DNA of 64,000 nt. Origin: Giardia intestinalis (taxonomy: Eukaryota). The stretch lies in assembly GCA_000002435.2 (NCBI GenBank), contig CM018791.1; one strand, written 5' to 3'. A program made the translations under genes and the position numbers. Numbering within the stretch: position 1 is the stretch's first letter; each line of letters opens with the position of its first letter. Below the pieces are notes generated by a model. That model was given only the letters and a program-made list of their open reading frames with translations. It searched no databases and had not been told where the DNA came from. Below, one piece after another: positions 56,409 to 64,000 of this stretch.

Positions 56409-59400
56409 TTATAGGCGGAGAAGAAGAGGGGCTCCGCTGCAAATATCGGTGGATATCTCCTCAACTCCATATGCATCACAGAGGGGACAGCTGCTGGCCA
56501 GCTTTCCTATCAACTTGTCAATAAGCCCAGTTGGCTTCATAGCTTCGGTATGCAGTGCAGCATCACACTCCCTGACTAGTTTATTTATCCGACTACTGAG
56601 AGGGGATAGGTAGAATGCAAGGCATGATGTGTGGAATACATGTCCACAAAAGAATACCGTATGGTTATGCGCTAAGAAACTGCAGCTATTCACTGCTAGT
56701 TCACGGATTCCAAGCCCACTTGCAAGACAGTGGCTGTTATCCAAATATTCTAAGCACACCCCGCATACTTTCTGGCCCTCATGAGCAACTGTGCGTTGGC
56801 GAGCTTCTTCCAAGTCGCACTTCTTCGCCATGATTTGGCTGACACACTTCTCAAGACTCTGCTTAACATCCACGCTTCGGTTCTGGTAATGCTTGAAAGC
56901 AAGATGTAGGCTGTCCGCAATGACGTTATATGGTGCTCCAGCAGATAATATCAAGTCCATGACCTCTGTGAGGGACACGAATGGAAAGTCGAACATGAGC
57001 TCTGTGGCCCGCAACAAAACCAATTGTCTAAACACTGCTTCAACAATGGCATATACCTGCGTTTTCGACAAGGATGGATTGAGAGTCAGCCATCCTCTAT
57101 CAGATAAGGAGTCTGTAGGATCGTGCAGCTCTATGCTGATAAGCCAAGTAACTAGTGTCTTTAAAAGCTGTCTCTTCTGTTCTACACGATGAGACTTATC
57201 AATCAAGTCTGCGGCGTCTAAAATAAGCACCTCGCTATCATTCGGAAGAGAGACCTGTAGTGACGAGACAGAATCGCAAGTATCCTCAGAACACATTCCG
57301 GCACTGGTAGAAAGAGATCTGGATAATAAGGCACCCTGAAGGTCTCCGTTCTTTATCATGTTCACAATGCAGGCTTCCTTTCGCCCGAAATCAAGTTCAG
57401 CCAGAGGTATCTTCGTATGGAGAGACAGCGAAAGCGATAACGCATCAAGTTGGTTCCCTGTCTTGGTAAGGCATTTGGCCTCACAATCCCTGAAGCCATA
57501 GCTTCTGCAAACGCTGGTAATGTCAGGGAGATTGAACTTCTTAACCGAGACATCGACAGAAAAATCCACTGGAATAATATCAATTGCCAGGCTCAACAGC
57601 TCCTCCTCACCGGCTTTAGCGAGAAACTCAAAAGCAAAGGTGTTGACAGACGGCTCAATGCTTCCCTCTTCGTCTAAAAGGAGCCATCGGAAGAAAGACA
57701 CTAGCTCACGCATAACTTCTGGGTCTCCTTTATTGAGAGCCTCCACAAAGCACTTTGTTAGTTTGCTCAGTGCAAAAACCTGATCTTTGACGTCACTGGG
57801 CTTTGCCCCATTAGCTTCTGCGGCTAACACAGCTACATGCTTGGTTTTCTTCTTCACAACATTTAGATAGTCGCGCGGAATGTGAGACAACAAAGTATTT
57901 GAGTAATAATAGAATAAATCCAAATCTTGGTCGGCCAAAATATGCAGGGCGTCTTTGTACTTGTGGGTCAATAAGTAGCTGGTGAATAGTGTCCTGTTGT
58001 CCTTTTTATATTTAGAAAACTCTACCAAAATGTCGTCAAGTCCATGGTCAAGGAGGGATGACCGTAAGACGGATAGGTCCAGGGCAGATACATAGTCTGG
58101 GTTGGTAAGGAACGTCTTCAACTTAATCTTGTATACATCCACTTGGTCCTCGGCTTGGAGCACCGCTAAGTAAGCGCCTTCTTCGTTTTTCTCCAGCAGC
58201 ACCTTGTATGTTTCCACGGCACGCCTCCGTGCATCTATCTCTAAGATCATGGCCTCAATCAACATGTGGATCACGAGCTTTCGGGCCACACAGTAGTTAG
58301 CTTGGTCTGCTTGCTCTTTAGTCACACCAAGACATCCCAGAAGAGCCCCTGTCCCGCCCTTTTCTGTCAAGCTGTCAAGGTCAGCTACACGTATGGTGTT
58401 GGCTGCCCTGGCCAATGCAGCATTATGAGCAGGCATCTTTTGGAGCTTTTCTTGCAGATATAAGACAGCTGCTTCATATTTATGGATACCGATGAGGTCA
58501 CGGTAGACATCAAGGAGCGGAAGGTCAGTCTGGGACAACAAACGGGCACCCTGGAGAACCTTGTTGTTTGCAAGACATTGTTTTGCATACTCTTCCCGGA
58601 TGACTTTCCGAGTGCTTTCTACGGGGCAGTACTGAAGAGCTTTGTCGTACTCATGGAGGGCGTAGTAGATAAACCACATGCTGCCGGCTTCATCTTGAAC
58701 GTTCAGACTCACCGACCCGATAGACGACGGGGTAGTGCCCGTCCTTGACAGTTTCCCATAGGACAGGAGGATGTAGAAGTGCAAGACAGTCGAAAGGTCC
58801 ACAACGCCGGTATCAGTGATGGTGGGAAACGTCTGTCTTAGTTCTGCGCCAGAGTAAATGAATTGACTCTGGAGAAGCATGTGTAGCTTAGATAGATGAG
58901 TGGCATCAAGACCTTGCAGGTTGAGAAGCACATCATTGTAGGCAACAGGATTGGGAAGCATCGTTACCTGTGACCGCGAGATGGAATTGAACACAGAGAG
59001 TCTATTAGCCAATACGATAACACTATGATAATTATAAGTGGCTGCTCCTAACAGCGCGCCAGGTGAAGTAGTTTGCTTGCTACTAGTATTACCGTTATCA
59101 GTATCATCCAAGCAAACTAGGACAGGGTCGCGAGGGTCGAAGCCTTGAATTCGGGTCACATCAATGGCAAAATTGACAAACGAAGATGCATCACACCTCT
59201 TTAGTAATGCCTTTAGTTCTGCATACCCTGCTCCAGCATCAGAATCTTGGTCTTGGTAATCGATCTTAAGTAGTGCAGAAATCCTAGTGCGCAGAACAGA
59301 TTCGAAGATTTTGCGGAAAGAGATGCTGTACTGATATACAAGGAGATTGGATGACCCAATGGACTGAGAGATAATCTGATATGTCAGTCCCGACCCCGTT

Positions 59401-60329
59401 GCAGAGTAGAAAAAGTCAGCAACAGTATTGAGGATTGGACCCCTTTGTAGAACCTCTGCATCTGTCAAATCAAAGCGGGCCAGTTCTGCCCTAGAAGAGA
59501 AGACTATGTCGAATAGGGAGTGCACAGTATGAAGATAGGCCTTAATCAGTCCGCGAGAGCAAACTAGAGTCAGCATAACACTAAGTGCTTTATATGCGGG
59601 AAGATCAGACACAGCCGACGACATATCTGCGCTCGGTGCGCTGTATTGATCATAGTTCTGCATACCTACTTTCCGAGCAGCGTCAATCGTAGCGTGATTA
59701 ATGGGAATGGTATGCAATTGAAGCACAGCACCTTTGGACAGTGAGACGACCTTTGTTTTGCGCACAACCTTGGCCTCATTCTTCACGATCTGCCCTACGT
59801 TCAAACAGTTGTCCGACGTCGCAAACAGAAACTCTGGACTGTGAACACCCTCAATATCCTCATTAGCAAGCGATGCTGTTGTGCTAGGTTCATCGAGAAC
59901 GCTCGGAAGCTTCCAAATTGGATGATGTGGACAAACAAAGGTCAAAGCAGTTATCGGGATTTCAATCCCGCGGATTTTGAAAACGCGTAACTTCTGCTTC
60001 TTAGAGACAACACCAACAGCGTATATCTCCGCTGTAAGCTGCCGCTCATCACACAGAGACACCACAGCATAATTCCCACTAGGAGAACACCATACATTTG
60101 CATTTGTGTGGATTGTTGTAATGATAGCAGAGCCCTTCTTCTCCGCTGTCACTGATGGCTCTGCAGGGGCTTTTAGAGTGTATGCAAGAACGGTTACTTC
60201 CTGTCCCCCCGACTTGGAAACGACATAAAGGGATGAGCCACATTGCCGCAGTGCAAGAATGCTCGCGGGTTGGACCCCTTTGAGGAAAGAGGACGCAAGT
60301 GAAGATGTGCTAAAAGGAGAGGCGTACAT
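56409..60329 (-). CDS. HOPS/CORVET-type vacuolar sorting protein (Vps8/11/18/41-like)
   Basis: 1306 aa. N-terminal beta-rich region, a long alpha-solenoid and a C-terminal RING-H2: CGVC...FFCGHVFHTSC...CPLC. Confidence 0.5.
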   Translation of the reverse strand: MYASPFSTSSLASSFLKGVQPASILALRQCGSSLYVVSKSGGQEVTVLAYTLKAPAEPSVTAEKKGSAIITTIHTNANVWCSPSGNYAVVSLCDERQLTAEIYAVGVVSKKQKLRVFKIRGIEIPITALTFVCPHHPIWKLPSVLDEPSTTASLANEDIEGVHSPEFLFATSDNCLNVGQIVKNEAKVVRKTKVVSLSKGAVLQLHTIPINHATIDAARKVGMQNYDQYSAPSADMSSAVSDLPAYKALSVMLTLVCSRGLIKAYLHTVHSLFDIVFSSRAELARFDLTDAEVLQRGPILNTVADFFYSATGSGLTYQIISQSIGSSNLLVYQYSISFRKIFESVLRTRISALLKIDYQDQDSDAGAGYAELKALLKRCDASSFVNFAIDVTRIQGFDPRDPVLVCLDDTDNGNTSSKQTTSPGALLGAATYNYHSVIVLANRLSVFNSISRSQVTMLPNPVAYNDVLLNLQGLDATHLSKLHMLLQSQFIYSGAELRQTFPTITDTGVVDLSTVLHFYILLSYGKLSRTGTTPSSIGSVSLNVQDEAGSMWFIYYALHEYDKALQYCPVESTRKVIREEYAKQCLANNKVLQGARLLSQTDLPLLDVYRDLIGIHKYEAAVLYLQEKLQKMPAHNAALARAANTIRVADLDSLTEKGGTGALLGCLGVTKEQADQANYCVARKLVIHMLIEAMILEIDARRRAVETYKVLLEKNEEGAYLAVLQAEDQVDVYKIKLKTFLTNPDYVSALDLSVLRSSLLDHGLDDILVEFSKYKKDNRTLFTSYLLTHKYKDALHILADQDLDLFYYYSNTLLSHIPRDYLNVVKKKTKHVAVLAAEANGAKPSDVKDQVFALSKLTKCFVEALNKGDPEVMRELVSFFRWLLLDEEGSIEPSVNTFAFEFLAKAGEEELLSLAIDIIPVDFSVDVSVKKFNLPDITSVCRSYGFRDCEAKCLTKTGNQLDALSLSLSLHTKIPLAELDFGRKEACIVNMIKNGDLQGALLSRSLSTSAGMCSEDTCDSVSSLQVSLPNDSEVLILDAADLIDKSHRVEQKRQLLKTLVTWLISIELHDPTDSLSDRGWLTLNPSLSKTQVYAIVEAVFRQLVLLRATELMFDFPFVSLTEVMDLILSAGAPYNVIADSLHLAFKHYQNRSVDVKQSLEKCVSQIMAKKCDLEEARQRTVAHEGQKVCGVCLEYLDNSHCLASGLGIRELAVNSCSFLAHNHTVFFCGHVFHTSCLAFYLSPLSSRINKLVRECDAALHTEAMKPTGLIDKLIGKLASSCPLCDAYGVEEISTDICSGAPLLLRL

Positions 60330-60580
60330 GCTGTTTTTTATGGTTTCGTGTTAAGGCTTTTTGACCACCACCTCAGTGGCCTTGCACCAGTTGCTAGGGA
60401 ATCTTATTTGCCACACATGTAGAAAGCTTAGTCTTCATTAAATTTACAAGCCCTGGAACCGTCTAGGAAAATTGAAGAAAAGGAGCTTGGAGGTTTGTAG
60501 AGAATTGGTAGTAAGCATGGAGGCCTCAGCTTTAGAAGGAATTTTGTGAAAGGTTCCATTGAATCCATTATTGCGTGCTC

Positions 60581-62257
60581 CTACATATGCTTTAATCCGT
60601 AGATTAGGGGAAGATATGTATCTATCGAATGATCTGAACCAGTATCGGCAGCCGCCAAATCATCAGTACATCCATCCTGCTCGGGTGCTAACATATGAGC
60701 AATATCCAGCTGTCCACACCGAAGAGCATATTGCAGTCCAACACCCGGCTCAGCACCAACCCCTAGGTCTCGGAATAGCTGGATAGCATAGATGTTTCCG
60801 TTTGCTATAGCACTTGTGTATGGTGTATCCCCTTCATTGTTAGCCTCCAGCTCTTCAGTGTGGATCGCTAGCTTGTTTGCAATAACATCAAAGTCGGGAT
60901 AAGTAGGAAAGAGCACAAGGTAGTTCAGGGCAGTCATGCCACTAAGGTCTCTATAACCGTACTCCAGTCCAGCTAGGTACTGGCTAGCCTCTTTGGAGTG
61001 GTTGAGTATTGAATACATGAGTGCCGTCTGCCCCGAGGCATCCTGAACTCCTAACTCGTACTCCCCCGTGGCTAGAATCTTTACACACTCAACATGGTTC
61101 TGGGTGGCCGCTATCATCATGGCAGTCTTTCCATTGGGAAGGACGATTCTCCGCTCGCTATCACGCAGAAGCAGCACGGCCTCTGACTGATTATACACGC
61201 ATCCAAGCATCATAGCACTGAAGCCAGAAGGTGTGACAAGTGTTGCCTCAGTAGGTGCAAGCTCTTTTACCAGATCGATCCAGCCGTAGGTCACGGCCAG
61301 CATCAACCCTGTGTAGCCATTTCTATCACGAACGTTGCGCATCTCTTCTTTGTGGTTTCGCACGTATAGTAGGTCACCGGTCTTAATGGCGCTAAGATAC
61401 CGTCGCTCTTCCTGTGTGTCACAGCACATGTACGCTGCCTTAGGGAATGCTCCCAGCAGCAGTGTTTCTAATATCTCTTTTAGACCTGCAGAATAATAGT
61501 CTGGAAACGTACCTATTCTTCTGTCACCATCATTGCTCCGTAAAGAGCAGAATGGAAGGCTTACTAGTTGATACTTGTAAATGGAATAGTGTGCAATTGA
61601 TCCAATATTCCACGCCAGCATGGAGTTGCTTAGTATTATGTTGTCTGTGGCCACTGAGCCGTTGTCTGACTGCTCAATTTTATTTAGATAATTTAGTGGC
61701 ATATAACAGCATTGTAAGGGAGTTACTAGATCTAAACAGCGGAACCCAGACAGGAGGCCAAGGTAATCCATCACCAGATGCACAGAAAAGCTATCTGAAT
61801 CTAGCTCACCGTCTATGAAGATATTCTGCGGGGTGAAAAAGAGGGGGCAGCAGTTGTTTGCCTTTTCAGTGTATTCGTTGGAGATGGTAATTAGTGTTTT
61901 CACCAGCCGCTTGATAAAAGGCTCTGGAAGAGGCTTCATCGAGAACGTACTTGCTGTAACTATCGAGTAGAGAGAAGATCCCGCGGGCATACGAAAGACA
62001 AAAAAAGCATGATTCGCTGAATGGCACTCGAGGCACTCCATAAATCCAGTAGCCTCTGCAACAGCAGGCGATCGGAAGACATTGAAGAGGTCCTCCAAGG
62101 ACTCTGCATTGTCCGCCATGACTAGTCGCGCACACCGATACAACCCACCTTCCTTCTTCTCCTCTATGATGTAGTATGATAGAGACGGGGCTTCTGAGAT
62201 AGTTTCTCGCACGGCGTACTTGTCCTGGAAGAACGGCATAGGAATCTGCAAAATCAA
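60581..62257 (-). CDS. Kinase-like (degenerate NEK-type) N-terminal domain fused to C-terminal ankyrin repeats (Protein 21.1-like)
   Basis: The C-terminal repeats are GYTGLMLAV, GFSAMMLGC, GKTAMMIAATQNHVECVKIL and GQTALMYS. The N-terminal ~250 aa have a kinase-like fold but lack clear catalytic motifs. Confidence 0.55.
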   Translation of the reverse strand: MILQIPMPFFQDKYAVRETISEAPSLSYYIIEEKKEGGLYRCARLVMADNAESLEDLFNVFRSPAVAEATGFMECLECHSANHAFFVFRMPAGSSLYSIVTASTFSMKPLPEPFIKRLVKTLITISNEYTEKANNCCPLFFTPQNIFIDGELDSDSFSVHLVMDYLGLLSGFRCLDLVTPLQCCYMPLNYLNKIEQSDNGSVATDNIILSNSMLAWNIGSIAHYSIYKYQLVSLPFCSLRSNDGDRRIGTFPDYYSAGLKEILETLLLGAFPKAAYMCCDTQEERRYLSAIKTGDLLYVRNHKEEMRNVRDRNGYTGLMLAVTYGWIDLVKELAPTEATLVTPSGFSAMMLGCVYNQSEAVLLLRDSERRIVLPNGKTAMMIAATQNHVECVKILATGEYELGVQDASGQTALMYSILNHSKEASQYLAGLEYGYRDLSGMTALNYLVLFPTYPDFDVIANKLAIHTEELEANNEGDTPYTSAIANGNIYAIQLFRDLGVGAEPGVGLQYALRCGQLDIAHMLAPEQDGCTDDLAAADTGSDHSIDTYLPLIYGLKHM

Positions 62258-62307
62258 AATTTTAGAACTCTACTGAAGCCATTTACCAGAAGAACTACCA
62301 TAGAGCC

Positions 62308-63981
62308 TCATATATAAGAGAATATTATCTCTGTAATGTCCCTACTTCCCGTCTGTTTTGCTATATCTAGGACGGTCCTATCATCGTACATGTTGAGGTC
62401 ATACTCATCCTTCACAAGCTCCTGGACGGCCTCAGGCCTGCTCCACCTGATGGCACGGATAAGGGCAGTCTCTCCATCGAGCTTCTGCATGCGTTTCTCG
62501 GATGGAAGCAACAAGCGCACTGCCTCGATGCAATTGCTTTGAGCGGCGCACATCAACGCTGTAGTACCATCAGTGCGCTTCATCCGTCCCTCTTTAGGAA
62601 GAAGTAGTGATACTAGTGGGAGATGACCGGCCTCTGCAGCACACATTAGTGCAGTCTTACCGTCATAACGGGTCTGGCACGCTTCCACGGGAAGGAGGAT
62701 TCGCGCCACATTCACTGCTCCTGACTTTGCAGCCTTCATGAGAGCAGTCTCGTCATACTTATCTCGCATGTTCGCTTCATGATTAACTAAGATCCTTGCT
62801 GCTTCCACATTTGAGTTGGTGGCACATGACATAAGCGCAGTCCAGCCGGCCGATGTTGCGACTCCCGCCTCCGAGTTGGCCAAGAGTGCAGCTATTTTAG
62901 AATTATTACATTGAATGGCAATCATCAAGGCGGTGTAGCCATCTTTGTTCTGTAGTTTAGACTCAAACCCTAGCAGCTCCTTCACTATATCAACATGCCC
63001 TAGCTTTGCGGCTCGCATCATAGCGGTTTCACGAGAAGCAGAGAATTTCTTACTTTCGTATGTCTTCAGAAAATTAACAATGTCGACATTGCCAAATTCT
63101 GCTGCAATCATAAGGGCAGTCAGTCCTGCGCTATTGACCTTATTGTGTTCTGCTTCTACAAGCTCCTTCACTGCCTCCAATTTTCCAAAGTGAGCTGCGT
63201 ACATGAGCGCTGTCATGCCGTCCTTGTCCTGCATTCGGCCTTCCTTTGGTATTAAGAGCTTTACAGACCGCACATGGCCAGCAGATGCAGCCATCATCAG
63301 CGCGGTGATGCCCTTTGTTGTAGTTTCGCCACCATGCATTGGCAAAAGAAACCTGACCTGGTCCACATTATCTGCCGAAGCCGCAACCATGAGGGGAGTG
63401 CTATCGTTTGCAACCATGTCGTTGTGCGTCTTGATCGTCATCTCAATGTCACTTTCTATTCTCTCCTGATTACGGAGCTCCTCCTCTGCTCGCATTTGCT
63501 CGTCATCCAGAATACGTATCTCCTCTAGCTTGTCTCCTTCTGCATTAGGGCGAGTTATTATGGTGTTTCCGAGGGCGCTAACAGTGCCATTAATAATCTG
63601 AGATGCCCGTGGGTCTGCATATGCATTATGGATCTCCAACTCTTCTTCGTTATATTCATTATCCTGCAGCCTAGCGTTGCAGCAAGCAGCCGATTTTTGC
63701 CTGGACTTAGCACGGCCACGGGGCTGTTTGGTCTTTCCAGAAGACTTCGAGCGCTTCCGGTTTGAGTTCGCTGCCACATTAGACGCAGTTTCAAGACAGC
63801 TCTGAACGTCGTTCTCGATTGTGCGAAGCGTGTGGTCACCTGTAAGATGAGGCTCATATGACTCCTTCTCACGTGACTGCTTATAGCGATCTCTGGCCCG
63901 TGACTCAGAGGAATTGCTGAGCCGATAGGCATACGGCTCGAGCCTCTCATCGAGCTCTTTTTTCATCATTAATAAGTCCAC
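62308..63981 (-). CDS. Ankyrin-repeat protein, Protein 21.1 family, with an N-terminal charged/coiled region
   Basis: At least 9 ankyrin repeats (GITALMMAASAGHVRSVKLL, GMTALMYAAHFGKLEAVKEL, GLTALMIAAEFGNVDIVNFL and others). Confidence 0.8.
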   Translation of the reverse strand: MDLLMMKKELDERLEPYAYRLSNSSESRARDRYKQSREKESYEPHLTGDHTLRTIENDVQSCLETASNVAANSNRKRSKSSGKTKQPRGRAKSRQKSAACCNARLQDNEYNEEELEIHNAYADPRASQIINGTVSALGNTIITRPNAEGDKLEEIRILDDEQMRAEEELRNQERIESDIEMTIKTHNDMVANDSTPLMVAASADNVDQVRFLLPMHGGETTTKGITALMMAASAGHVRSVKLLIPKEGRMQDKDGMTALMYAAHFGKLEAVKELVEAEHNKVNSAGLTALMIAAEFGNVDIVNFLKTYESKKFSASRETAMMRAAKLGHVDIVKELLGFESKLQNKDGYTALMIAIQCNNSKIAALLANSEAGVATSAGWTALMSCATNSNVEAARILVNHEANMRDKYDETALMKAAKSGAVNVARILLPVEACQTRYDGKTALMCAAEAGHLPLVSLLLPKEGRMKRTDGTTALMCAAQSNCIEAVRLLLPSEKRMQKLDGETALIRAIRWSRPEAVQELVKDEYDLNMYDDRTVLDIAKQTGSRDITEIIFSYI

Positions 63982-64000
63982 TATATCGTTTGGAGAGTGG

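Noticed and set aside
1-64000. Interpreting the window as a prokaryotic defence/accessory island
   Set aside because: Gene content and signals are unmistakably Giardia. No prokaryotic defence-system domain architectures were found.

Overview
This window is nuclear DNA from the diplomonad Giardia intestinalis (lamblia), not a prokaryote. Four things support that. First, there is a complete variant-specific surface protein (VSP) gene ending in the invariant ...CRGKA tail, followed by the ACTTAGGTAGTAAAC polyadenylation signal. Second, there are several Protein 21.1 ankyrin-repeat genes and NEK-like kinases. Third, Giardia-type spliceosomal signals are present (GTATGTT donor, CTRAC-CACAG acceptor). 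Fourth, the ribosomal protein L7a gene carries its characteristic 109-nt intron. Gene packing is dense, with short AT-rich intergenic regions and several overlapping gene ends.

Securely identified genes:
- a dynein heavy-chain stalk fragment that ends at a splice donor with no downstream exon in cis, consistent with a trans-spliced split intron
- hybrid cluster protein
- RPL7A, with its intron
- an ELMO-domain protein
- a 4-EF-hand protein
- a giant 13-kb, 4360-aa ORF
- an SGNH/GDSL hydrolase
- a Sey1/RHD3 GTPase
- queuine tRNA-ribosyltransferase
- NMNAT
- a HOPS/CORVET-type Vps protein with a RING-H2 finger
- several ankyrin and kinase genes

The most unusual locus lies at 29.9-46.3 kb:
- a decayed high-cysteine membrane protein pseudogene
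- a 1.4-kb AT-rich gap
- two near-perfect 3.84-kb inverted repeats (one mismatch seen), at 32886-36726 and 39763-43603
- between them, a 3.0-kb unique segment containing an intact VSP gene with eight 100%-identical 228-bp tandem repeats
- a strongly GC-rich block at 43.6-46.3 kb

The inner ends of both repeat arms lie inside the conserved VSP C-terminal/3' end, so the left arm carries an orphan antisense VSP tail. Each arm encodes a 290-aa protein with a tandem Myb/SANT-like domain. A third, diverged GC-rich paralog sits just outside the right arm. Nothing here resembles a bacterial defence system. The candidate novel system is this palindromic VSP cassette and its associated Myb-like gene family.
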